DNA from: Candidatus Hermodarchaeota archaeon
GTDB lineage: Archaea > Asgardarchaeota > Heimdallarchaeia > Hodarchaeales > Hodarchaeaceae
Assembly: GCA_048886185.1 (NCBI GenBank)
Contig: JBHLKY010000003.1
Coordinates: 60,001 to 92,000, forward strand
DNA length: 32,000 nt
Direction: 5' to 3'
Shown here: positions 18,827 through 27,926 of the stretch, one piece after another
How positions within the stretch are numbered: position 1 is the first letter of the stretch
How the letters are laid out: every line of letters begins with the position of its first letter
Made by a program: the position numbers and the translations under genes
The notes under the pieces: model-generated
Told to the model about the DNA's origin: nothing
What the model saw: only the letters and a program-made list of their open reading frames with translations
The model's database searches: none

Positions 18827-21571
18827 TTATATCTCCTGGATCTTCTTCTCAAACTCCTTTATATCTTCGACAAGTTGCCCAAGTTGCTGGAGAGCTTCTA
18901 CCGGTGTTTTATAATTAATATCAATGTCAATATAGTTCTTTAAGAAGGCGAGTATTTCAAACCTTAAATTATTCAATTTATTTTCTAGTTCCTGTTGATT
19001 CACACTCTTTGAGAGAGCCTCCGCAAGGGATAATTGTCTAGGTTGGGTTTCTAGTTTTTTCTTGCTAGTTGGTAATTTTGATGCATCAGATGTGGCCTCT
19101 AGTTCCATTAGTTTCTTCTGAGCCTCAAGAATGACTTGATTTGGAATACCAGCCATTTTAGCGACACTTATTCCAAATGAATGGTCAGTTGAACCCTCCT
19201 CAATCTTATAAAGTAAGATTAACTTACCATTTCGCTCCTTAGCAGTTTGGTGAAAGTTTTTTATTGCAGAGTAGTGTTGTTCTAATTCACTGAGTTGATG
19301 GTAATGCGTAGCAAACAATGTTTTACTTTTTTTCTCTTTTGCAATGTGTTCAGCTATAGCCCATGCCAGAGATAGTCCATCAAAAGTACTAGTACCACGG
19401 CCTACTTCATCTAAGATTATTAACGAATTTGAAGTGGAATTATTTAAGATATGAGCTGTTTCGAGCATTTCCAGCATGAAAGTAGATTGGCCAAACGCGA
19501 GTCTATCAAATGCACCAACACGAGTGAAAATCTTATCTACTATACCTAATTTACAAGTTTTTGCAGGTACCCATGACCCGCTTTGGGCCAGTAAGACAAT
19601 AAGAGCTACTTGTCTAATAAAAACTGACTTACCAGACATGTTGGGGCCAGTTATAATATGGAGTTCCCCTTTCTTTAAAACAGTGTTATTTGGAACAAAT
19701 CCTGTTTCTTTCTGCAGCTGTTCCACCACAGGATGGCGACCATCAGTAATAGCGATATGTGATTCGTCAAGGAATTGAGGCTTACAATAATTGTTTTTTA
19801 TTGCAGTGAATGTAAAACAAATTAACACATCCAATTCTGCGATTAATTCTGAATAACTACGAATACTAGATACCTTTGTGGAGATCATTTCACGAATTTC
19901 ACAAAATAATTGATATTCTAACTCCTTTATTCTCTCATCTGCATTCAGAATTTTCTCTTCAATTTCTTTCAACTCAGGAGTGATAAAGCGTTCTGCACTG
20001 ACCAAGGTTTGCCTTCGAACATATTCAGATGGAATCAATTCCTCTCCTGCATCCCGAAGTTGAGCTTTTGTGACTTCGATATAATATCCATGGACAGAAT
20101 TATAACCCAGTTTTATATTAAAAGGAGTCCGCTCCTGCTCCCGCTGCTCAATCTCTCGCAAAATGCTATCCTGGTTAGTTTTTAATTCCTGTAACTGATT
20201 GAGATTTTCATTATAACTTGGCTTGATGATCTCCCCATCACGAATAGATGCAGGTGGAGATTCGTGTATTCCACGATCTATCAACTCCACAACACTATTG
20301 AGATCTGAAACATCAAAGGTTTCAATTCTGCGAGAAATGGAACTGTGTAATTTATTCTGCTTCAAAAAAGACTGTATTTCTAGACAAAACTTCAATGAAT
20401 CTCTCACAGAGATTAAATCTCTAGCATTAACAGAACGATACTTAATCTTAGCAACTAGCCTCTGAAAATCAGCTACATTAGAAAGGAGACTAGAAATTTC
20501 TTCAATTACTGATAAATTCTGTTTAAATTGGCTTATTGCTTCTAACCGCTCATTAATGATGTTTATATCACGTAAAGGCTGTAATAACCACCTACGTAGT
20601 AATCTAGCACCCATACTAGTGTTAATATCAGTAAAAATAGAGAGTAAACTACCTTCGGTCTTTCCATCGAAAGCATTTGCAACAATTTCAAGATTTCTTT
20701 GTGCATTAGAATCGAGTATCAAGTAGTTACGATTGTCTAGAGTACGAAGAGACGATATATTACTAGGATAGTCTTTTTTGAGCAATTTTAAATATGAAAT
20801 TAAGGCACCTGCGGCTCGTACTCCCTCAACCATTGAGTCACAACCATATCCAGCAAGTGATTTAACTCCGAAGTGAGTTAGTAAAGTCTGGTAAGCCGTG
20901 TCGAAATTAAAGAGTGTTTCATTTACGGGATAAACAACGGTTTGTGAGGAAGAAGTAATAACTTTTTCCAATGATGTTTGTATTTTTCCTTTTTGCTGAA
21001 CATCAGCAAAAATCACTTCTCGAGGGGTGAAACGAGATAATTCATCTTGAAAATTGTCAATAATATTCTCTTTGAATTCAGTAGCTAAGAATTCTCCAGT
21101 TGAGATATCAACCAGTGATATCCCAACTTTTTGTTGTTTCTCGTTAATGGCTGTGCTTAATAGAAAATTATTGGTTCTTTTATCTAATATAGATGGTTCG
21201 AACACCGTTCCTGGGGTTATAACGCGAGTAACTCCCCTTTTTACGATTCTTCCAGAAGGAACGTTCTTTGCATCCTCTAATTGGTCAACAATTGCGACTT
21301 TAAATCCCTGATCAATCATTTTTTTAATATAAGTATCAATGGCTTTGACAGGAACCCCTGCTAGAGGGATTCTTTCACCACTTACCCCCATACTTCTTGA
21401 CGTAAGTGTGATATCAAGCGCTTTAGAAGTTATTTTAGCATCCTCATTAAAAGTTTCGTAGAAATCACCTAACTGGAAAAAAACGATAGTATCTTTGTGC
21501 GCGTCTTTAATATTATAATACTGACGCATAGCCTCGGTTGTTTTTCTTGGTTTTCTACTCATTGGCTCCAT
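18827..21571 (-). CDS. mutS: DNA mismatch repair protein MutS (MutS1)
   Basis: GDFYETF mismatch-binding motif, GRHPVVE, GPNMSGKS, STFMLEM, DEVGRGTSTFDG, FATHY. Confidence 0.97.
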   Translation of the reverse strand: MEPMSRKPRKTTEAMRQYYNIKDAHKDTIVFFQLGDFYETFNEDAKITSKALDITLTSRSMGVSGERIPLAGVPVKAIDTYIKKMIDQGFKVAIVDQLEDAKNVPSGRIVKRGVTRVITPGTVFEPSILDKRTNNFLLSTAINEKQQKVGISLVDISTGEFLATEFKENIIDNFQDELSRFTPREVIFADVQQKGKIQTSLEKVITSSSQTVVYPVNETLFNFDTAYQTLLTHFGVKSLAGYGCDSMVEGVRAAGALISYLKLLKKDYPSNISSLRTLDNRNYLILDSNAQRNLEIVANAFDGKTEGSLLSIFTDINTSMGARLLRRWLLQPLRDINIINERLEAISQFKQNLSVIEEISSLLSNVADFQRLVAKIKYRSVNARDLISVRDSLKFCLEIQSFLKQNKLHSSISRRIETFDVSDLNSVVELIDRGIHESPPASIRDGEIIKPSYNENLNQLQELKTNQDSILREIEQREQERTPFNIKLGYNSVHGYYIEVTKAQLRDAGEELIPSEYVRRQTLVSAERFITPELKEIEEKILNADERIKELEYQLFCEIREMISTKVSSIRSYSELIAELDVLICFTFTAIKNNYCKPQFLDESHIAITDGRHPVVEQLQKETGFVPNNTVLKKGELHIITGPNMSGKSVFIRQVALIVLLAQSGSWVPAKTCKLGIVDKIFTRVGAFDRLAFGQSTFMLEMLETAHILNNSTSNSLIILDEVGRGTSTFDGLSLAWAIAEHIAKEKKSKTLFATHYHQLSELEQHYSAIKNFHQTAKERNGKLILLYKIEEGSTDHSFGISVAKMAGIPNQVILEAQKKLMELEATSDASKLPTSKKKLETQPRQLSLAEALSKSVNQQELENKLNNLRFEILAFLKNYIDIDINYKTPVEALQQLGQLVEDIKEFEKKIQEI

Positions 21572-21712
21572 TTCTCTTAATTCTTCAAGTACAATAGAAA
21601 AATAATAGACATATTTAATAAATATTCCTCGGATGAGTAAAACTACAAAAAAACATTAATGTTCATGTTCTAGTAATGGAATAAGTACCATCAAATTAGT
21701 CATCCAAAATGG

Positions 21713-22912
21713 GTGAAGAGGCAAATGGTTCGTTCCAGGATGGGATTTTCAAACCTTAAGAGACCAAAGTTATCACAAGGGTACACAGGACTAATTATCA
21801 TTGCAATCTTAAGTGGAATTTATTTACCCTCCAATTCAGGCCAAATATCTATGAAGAGGGGAGTCGCATTATCATTAGGAGCCTTGAGTGAGTGGGCCTT
21901 AATAACCAATAATTATATTCATCCTGATACCTGGTTTCGGGACGTAGTGTTTGTCAACGCGACTCATGGATGGATCGTGGGAGAGAACGGAACTTTGAGT
22001 AGAGGAGGTATTATTCTTCACACAATTGACGGTGGTCAGACATGGAATCTTCAATTTTATGAGAAAATACAAACTTTTAGAAGAATCTCCATTGTTAATA
22101 CTTCAACAATCTGGGTGGCTGGACTCGGAAGTCTTTATTATTCTTATAATGGTGGTCAAACATGGAATCAGAGTGTTATAGCTGATGAACCTTCTGGCCT
22201 TGGAGTTTCATTTCTTAATGAAACTCATGGCTGGACTGGGACGGGTCATACGCTTTACAGAACAATCGATGCAGGTCAGACATGGCAAGAAGATTTGGCG
22301 TGGACTTTTGAAGATACTCCCAGGAAAGTGATCTTTTCCACTCCGATGATCGGATATATAGGAGGATTTTTTGGGGTATATAAGACCAATGATGGTGGAG
22401 TAACTTGGTATCAGCAATATCAGGACGATATTTTCCTTGGGTCTATTTATATAATCAGTGAAACGGAAGGGTGGTTGGTGGGAGATAATACCTTGGCTCA
22501 TATGACTGATGGGGAAACCTGGAAAAGAATGCCAATTCCCTACGATCCTGAGACTTTCCATCGGGTCCCCTATTTTCATGATGTTCAATTTGTTACCTCT
22601 GATCAGGGATGGATTGCTGGTGTATACCCTCCCCTCATGCACACCCAGGATGGCGGCCGCAGTTGGTATGCACAAACCATGCCAGGAAAAGTAAGTGGGT
22701 TAAGCTCACTATTTTTTTTAAATACAACCCATGGATGGGCAGTAGGCCATGATGGGTTAATTATCCTGACCGTATCTGGCGGAGGAACAGGTACCAAGTT
22801 AGTTACCCCCTCTAGCCTTATTGAACCTGTCTATTTCTTACTGGGATTAACTCTTCTCGGGTTGGTTGCAATCATAATAGTTGTTATCAGCTATAAGCGT
22901 TTTGATCGCTAG
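21713..22912 (+). CDS. Membrane-anchored Asp-box (BNR/YCF48-like) beta-propeller surface protein
   Basis: Six T-x-D-G-G-x-T-W type repeats (HTIDGGQTW, YSYNGGQTW, RTIDAGQTW, KTNDGGVTW, MTDGETW, HTQDGGRSW), N-terminal hydrophobic segment, C-terminal TM plus basic tail; start uncertain. Confidence 0.8.
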   Translation: MKRQMVRSRMGFSNLKRPKLSQGYTGLIIIAILSGIYLPSNSGQISMKRGVALSLGALSEWALITNNYIHPDTWFRDVVFVNATHGWIVGENGTLSRGGIILHTIDGGQTWNLQFYEKIQTFRRISIVNTSTIWVAGLGSLYYSYNGGQTWNQSVIADEPSGLGVSFLNETHGWTGTGHTLYRTIDAGQTWQEDLAWTFEDTPRKVIFSTPMIGYIGGFFGVYKTNDGGVTWYQQYQDDIFLGSIYIISETEGWLVGDNTLAHMTDGETWKRMPIPYDPETFHRVPYFHDVQFVTSDQGWIAGVYPPLMHTQDGGRSWYAQTMPGKVSGLSSLFFLNTTHGWAVGHDGLIILTVSGGGTGTKLVTPSSLIEPVYFLLGLTLLGLVAIIIVVISYKRFDR

Positions 22913-23089
22913 AAAGCTAACAGGAGTCTTGGAAATAGAAAGTTTCTACATTTTTAACTAAAATATCCATTAAATATAGTGACCTGAAGAAGGTATTAAC
23001 AGAACAGATTATTCTCGTAACGAAAAATCAGCCATCTAATATTAAAATACTTATAGAAGTAAGTCTCCATTCAGTTCCTAACGCAACCT

Positions 23090-23174
23090 GCGGGGGTTTC
23101 CCAGCCAGGTCAAAGGAGCTAGGTTCAGGACCTAGTCGTGTAGGCGTTCGTGGGTTCAAATCCCACCCCCCGCA
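23090..23174 (+). tRNA. tRNA-Leu(CAG), intron-less
   Basis: GCGGGGG/CCCCCGC+A acceptor, CTAGG-TTCAGGA-CCTAG anticodon arm, long variable arm, GTGGG-TTCAAAT-CCCAC T arm. Confidence 0.96.
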
Positions 23175-23257
23175 TGATTATTGGATGCATCAAAGCCGAA
23201 GTAGCCATAGGATAGCAAAAAGATAAAACAGAATCTTCAAAAAAATGATAATGTACC

Positions 23258-24946
23258 TTATTCAAGCACTTCTGTTGTTAATTTTATTAATGATTGATAG
23301 ATATAATGACGTTCAGTCATTCCCTTCTTGTACAATGAAAATTGATCAACAATCAGATTCTCATCTATTCTTCCTGGTTTTCTTCCTGACAACATCTCTT
23401 TTCCTGATTTAAGCTTTTTTTGTACAAATTCAATAATATCATCCTTCTTAGTAATTTTATAATTATAGATAGCTAATCGAACTGCATTGTATACTTCTCC
23501 AAATCGCTGTAATTTCAAATCTAATTTTCCCCAGTAATGAATTAGAATTCTATGATTATCCGTTGGTAAATTTTCAAGGGATTTAAAGTAACTTCCAGCT
23601 GGGGCATATTCAATTCTGAACGAATTTAATCCTGTATTAGTTACTTGGTCATAACAATTGACACCTTTTAAAAAATCACTGAGGATTTCCTCGTGCCTAT
23701 ATCGTAAAAATTTTGTAGGAATATATGGTAGAACTTTCAATTGGACTTTTTCTATAGCTAATTTGGTTTTTTCATCATAAATCACAATATCGGGGAAATC
23801 TATAGTATTTCTACTGTTGGTGACAATTTTACTCCATTTCTCTTCTGAAAAAACATCTTCAGATAGATCTAAAAAATTTAATAATTCACTATTCTTGGAA
23901 ATTGTTGTTATTCCCGATCTTACTTTTAATATCTGCATGATTACTGCAATGGCTCTTGTAATTCCTTCCTTATTGGATTCACTAGCAAATTTTGCAATCT
24001 GATTCGATATTTTCCCAAATCCAAACTGAATAGAATATGATTGCAAAGTTTTATATGATAACTTATTCTTGATCTCGATAATTCCAGAGTGATTAATTTT
24101 CTGAAATTCTTTATAGAATGTAGTAAAATTTTCCTTACTATAAGAATTCAAATTCTTATTGTGTATTAATTCTTTCAATGATCTTATTTTGCTTGACTGG
24201 TCAGTTATATAGATATTGAATTTAGAGTCTTCTAAATTAAAACAAATTCCAGTCTCAATGAAACTCCGACCTTTTAACATATAATAATCATGAATTCGAT
24301 TCAATCCAGGAGATTGACCTTTATTCCATTGTGATCTCCAATCATATTTATTAATTTCAAAAAATCTCCAAAAGAGATTTTCAAAGAATTCATCAATTCT
24401 TTTCTTGGAATACTTAAGCCTATAAACATCATTGATCTGAATATTCACTGAATTATTTAATCCTAAAGACTCTCTGATACCCGTTTCGCAACTGTTTTTA
24501 ATTTCTCTTCTTTTTAATTTAGATGGTAGATGATATAAATTCATTAGATAATCGAATAAAGCTCTTCTATTACTACCAGGTTTAAAAGAAGCAGGAGATA
24601 ATCCAACTTTATTAAATTTATATGTCTTAATATTATAGATTAGAAACTCTGATAATTCGTTAGATTCAGGATTCAGCATTTTAAAACTAATAAATGGGCT
24701 CTCTCCTTCTAATTCTCGACGATAAATCAACCAACCTTCTATTAATTCAGTGGGAAATTTTTTCCTCCACTCAAAAAACTCTTTTAAATCATTAAAATCT
24801 TCCAAATACTGTAATCTGATGGTTTTCTTTATTGGGGAGAAACCAATATGAATTGTGTTCTCAAACTTATTATTTAATTCATTATACAAATCAAGTAAGT
24901 TAGGTGTATATTCTTCTGTAATAATATCTGAATCATTCCATAACAC
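23258..24946 (-). CDS. Large AT-rich hypothetical protein with putative C-terminal PD-(D/E)xK-type nuclease domain
   Basis: 562-aa ORF; FPDIVIYDEKTKLAIEKVQLK (PD at 23794-23789, QLK at 23743-23735); frame stays open upstream to 25069 without a start codon, so it may be the 3' part of a longer gene. Confidence 0.55.
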   Translation of the reverse strand: MLWNDSDIITEEYTPNLLDLYNELNNKFENTIHIGFSPIKKTIRLQYLEDFNDLKEFFEWRKKFPTELIEGWLIYRRELEGESPFISFKMLNPESNELSEFLIYNIKTYKFNKVGLSPASFKPGSNRRALFDYLMNLYHLPSKLKRREIKNSCETGIRESLGLNNSVNIQINDVYRLKYSKKRIDEFFENLFWRFFEINKYDWRSQWNKGQSPGLNRIHDYYMLKGRSFIETGICFNLEDSKFNIYITDQSSKIRSLKELIHNKNLNSYSKENFTTFYKEFQKINHSGIIEIKNKLSYKTLQSYSIQFGFGKISNQIAKFASESNKEGITRAIAVIMQILKVRSGITTISKNSELLNFLDLSEDVFSEEKWSKIVTNSRNTIDFPDIVIYDEKTKLAIEKVQLKVLPYIPTKFLRYRHEEILSDFLKGVNCYDQVTNTGLNSFRIEYAPAGSYFKSLENLPTDNHRILIHYWGKLDLKLQRFGEVYNAVRLAIYNYKITKKDDIIEFVQKKLKSGKEMLSGRKPGRIDENLIVDQFSLYKKGMTERHYIYQSLIKLTTEVLE

Positions 24947-25069
24947 AACAAATTCTATTATATTAGAAGATTCATTTAGTGCAATCTTACCATTCTTAAT
25001 TAATTTTTCAATTTTTTCTCTCCTAGATTGAGTAAAATAGCTTGTAATATTATTCCCTTCTTGATATTT

Positions 25070-25450
25070 TTACCCTGTACTAGTACATTTAGTCAGTTTT
25101 ACCGTTTTTTATTATATACCCGTAATTCTTATAAGTACCCTCATATTCGGAACAACCTTGGCCATCCATTCTGATAATAGTATTTTCAATTATCTTAGTA
25201 ATCTCAGTAATCAATTAATTAGGATCTTTTCATCTTATAAACCTTATAAACACCAGTATCAAAATCAAATTGGTTTTTTATCCTTTTATTTCAATCTTAT
25301 AATGTTTTTAAGTCCATTAATATTGCTTCAATTCCATGAGATCGTTCTAAACTCAGACGATGCTCATTATCAATCCAGTTTTGGCATGAGTTCAATCATG
25401 GAGGTTTTTATTTTAGGAGAAGAACAAGGAGAAACACTCATTAGAATAAT
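25070..25450 (-). pseudogene. Possible degraded 5' extension of the AT-rich nuclease-like gene
   Basis: Protein-like segments in shifting minus frames (NWIDNEHRLSLERSHGIEAILMDLKTL*, LITEITKIIENTIIRMDGQGCSEYEGTYKNYGYIIKNGKTD*) leading into the open frame at 25069. Confidence 0.3.
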
Positions 25451-25532
25451 TTTCTTATCTCAATGATATTGGAATTACGATTCAGCAATATTAATATTTA
25501 AGAAAGTTAAATTAAAACCTGATTAAAGGTGA

Positions 25533-25667
25533 GCCGAGGTAGCCAAGAGGAAAGGCGCTAGACTCGAGTAATTATCTCCTCGTCAGAGAAATCTAGTGTG
25601 CTGTGCACGCGTGGGTTCAAAATTCACCGAAATGCCTTTTCGATGAATGAAAGTCCCACCCTCGGCG
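25533..25667 (+). tRNA. tRNA-Ser(CGA) with two introns (25569-25590 at 37/38; 25622-25653 at 59/60)
   Basis: GCCGAGG/CCTCGGC+G73 acceptor; CTAGA-CT-CGA-G|A-TCTAG anticodon arm; variable arm GTGC-TGT-GCAC; GTGGG-TTCAAA|T-CCCAC T arm; T-loop insert forms a clean BHB. Confidence 0.93.
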
Positions 25668-25821
25668 TTGATAGAAAGAATTCCTGCACTTTACACCCAC
25701 TTTTTCGAACAGACATATTTGACTCCAGAAGATGAATGGAACATCATCTTTTTCAAGGTACTTCAATGATGTAACAAGTTTCTCATCCACATTGTGACCA
25801 GATTTAATCGATTCAATATAA

Positions 25822-26569
25822 TGGAGAAGTGAAGTCAAGGGTTCCAGTAGTAGTTCAGGCTATTACTCCTTTTGGGTGGATAGTTCCCCTCTCCAACATC
25901 AATTATGGGCTTGGTATGAGGATTACGCACCCGATTGCACGAATATCACTCTCAACACAAATCAAGAAGTAAATTTCACCCTGATTCTCGAAAAAGCGCT
26001 TAGACCGACTCCCCTCGGGAGCTAAAAGGATCTTACCAGCCATTCAGACGTTTATAATGGTTGGACATCCGAAATAGAAGCATATACTAAAAGTGGTGAT
26101 TATGCTATCGGTAACCAAAGTAATCCTGTTCAAACAGTATACTATAAGAACTTTAATTGGAATCTTCCAAGTGGGGTGACGTCTGGATGCATCAAAGTCT
26201 GTATTCATTGGAAATTTAATCATTGATGACCAAATATGGGTATGAATCCACTGGAATGAATCTGAGGGGTATTCAGATTAGAAAATATTGGAAGATCACT
26301 CCTCTTGGACTTTAGATGTAATTGAGTTCAACGATCCTAATTGGACTGGAAGTGAGATTACTAATGATAGCTTTATGGTCGAAATTGAAGAACAAACGCA
26401 GAATGCCTGTGATCTTGTCTTAATTGATTGTGTTGGAACCCTAGTGGAATATGCAGATGTTCAAGCCACTACCTGTTCTATCAGCGATGGATCAAAAGGC
26501 CAAAATCAGGCGGATCAGATCCAATTTCATAATTTTGGTACAATAGCAGCTGATGATCCAAGGATTTAA
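25822..26569 (+). pseudogene. Fragmented gene for a secreted/surface beta-rich protein
   Basis: Consecutive protein-like fragments in different frames (SSGYYSFWVDSSPLQHQLWAWYEDYAPDCTNITLNTNQEVNFTL; YNGWTSEIEAYTKSGDYAIG...NFNWNLP; GNLIIDDQIWV*IHWNESEGYSD*KILEDHSSW...) with in-frame TGA 26243 and TAG 26279. Confidence 0.55.
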
Positions 26570-26934
26570 AACTCATTGAAGGGGGTCTTTATGATTGAAA
26601 TTACAGCTCATAATACTCTTTGTGTCTAAAAACAGTAAAATTGTTTCTAGGAATAAAAATCATTGTACTTTGACTTTTTTCCAGGCTTTAATCGCTTTTT
26701 AATAGGTTTATCTTCATTATTTCTACATGAATTCGTGAAAATAACTACGATACAAAGAGCAAAATAATTAAGTTGAAAGCAGAGTAGGCGTACCTTTGCT
26801 GATTTGATAAAATAGCAAATAATTGTATCTATTCTCAGCCAGAAAAGTATTTGGAGATACTGTTACATCTATTTGGATCAAGTTCCTTTAGTAGGATACT
26901 TAATTATGTTTTAATAATACATAGGTGACATTTA

Positions 26935-27804
26935 GTGGACATTGAAAAAGCAATATCCGAAATTCAAGAGAAATTTGGTGTCGTTGGGCGTGAAAGTTCA
27001 CTCCGCAAGCTCATCTTAGGGAAACAAGCAGGTAAGCATATCATTATTGAGGGTCCTGTGGGTGTTGGAAAAACAACCTTAGCGCATGCGGTTGCAGCAT
27101 ATTTTGACCAGGGTTTCATTCGTATTGACGGTGATGAACGATATACAGAAAGTAAACTAGTTGGTCATTTTGAGCCTCCATTAGTGGTAGAAAAAGGGTG
27201 GATATGGGACGCATTTGTTCCAGGTCCGCTGACGTTAGCAATGAAGAACGGATCAATTCTGTTCATCAACGAAGCAAACCGCTTGATTGAGGGAACCCAA
27301 AATGTACTACTTCCTTCTATGGATGAAGGATTACTTATTTTACCTAAATTAGGAGTTATTAGGGCAACAGACGGCTTTCTTGTTGTCGCAACTCAGAATC
27401 CAGAGTCTTATATTGGGACTACCGTCCTTTCAGAAGCATTAAAAGATCGTTTCGTTTGGATTAAACTGGAACATCAAGGATTTGAAGAAGAAGTCGACAT
27501 CGTTGAACAGAAAGCAGGTATTGGACCAGAAGATAGATTGATCTCAGAGACTGCCACAAAAATCACAAGAGCAACACGAAAGCATCCTGATATCCGACGT
27601 GGATCATCAATTCGAGGAGCAATTGACCTAGCCAAAATCCTGTATTTAGTAAAGAGTTTAAATCTGGAAACTGTTTCTGAAATGGCTATCATGACCCTAG
27701 CAACAAAAATCGAATTAGAGGATGGCGTCGAGAGACCAATTGAAAGTGTGATTCATGAAATTGTTGAAGCTGTATTATCAGGGGACGAAGACCGTTTTTT
27801 ATAG
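26935..27804 (+). CDS. MoxR-family AAA+ ATPase (289 aa; also the N-terminal half of a predicted frameshift fusion)
   Basis: GPVGVGKT Walker A, FINEANR (Walker B with D>N), ATQNP, ALKDRF, SSIRGAIDL; AGGTGA SD 6 nt before GTG. Confidence 0.93.
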   Translation: MDIEKAISEIQEKFGVVGRESSLRKLILGKQAGKHIIIEGPVGVGKTTLAHAVAAYFDQGFIRIDGDERYTESKLVGHFEPPLVVEKGWIWDAFVPGPLTLAMKNGSILFINEANRLIEGTQNVLLPSMDEGLLILPKLGVIRATDGFLVVATQNPESYIGTTVLSEALKDRFVWIKLEHQGFEEEVDIVEQKAGIGPEDRLISETATKITRATRKHPDIRRGSSIRGAIDLAKILYLVKSLNLETVSEMAIMTLATKIELEDGVERPIESVIHEIVEAVLSGDEDRFL

Positions 27805-27831
27805 ATAAATCCCGAGAATCCACTCGGGATT
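27780..27831 (+). promoter_or_regulatory. Candidate -1 programmed ribosomal frameshift signal
   Basis: AGGGG (27780-84), 10 nt, T-TTT-TTA heptamer (27795-27801, in the MoxR frame), 6-nt spacer containing the MoxR TAG, 9-bp hairpin AATCCCGAG/CTCGGGATT (27808-16/27823-31). Confidence 0.75.
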
Positions 27832-27926
27832 ACAACAAGAATATTCGTCTATTTGGTCGATTAAAACTAGAGGACCTGGCAGAAGCCGCTATTGCCTCAG
27901 GAGATACTCTACCTAAACTCGATAAA

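Noticed and set aside
2190-22797. Many short ORFs in the track overlapping real genes (e.g. 2190-2396, 2249-2494, 3545-3742, 3603-3872, 6490-6789, 7769-7969, 8173-8517, 12297-12686, 14365-14604, 18602-18943, 19476-19778, 22208-22675)
   Set aside because: Antisense or off-frame shadows of well-supported genes, with no motifs
23151-25660. GTGGGTTCAAA/TCCCACC shared by tRNA-Leu and tRNA-Ser as possible attL/attR repeats
   Set aside because: Explained by normal T-arm conservation in two complete tRNAs; no integrase and no partial tRNA duplicate seen
25158-25838. ORFs 25158-25466 (+) and 25617-25838 (-)
   Set aside because: The first has a TTG start and no motifs and lies antisense to likely decayed coding DNA; the second overlaps tRNA-Ser antisense
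26243-26281. In-frame TGA and TAG as possible Sec/Pyl recoding
   Set aside because: Mixed stop types plus frameshifts in the same gene and no evident SECIS; pseudogenisation is simpler
27808-27831. Hairpin after the MoxR stop as an intrinsic terminator
   Set aside because: No downstream U-tract, it lies within an open coding frame, and its spacing fits a frameshift stimulator
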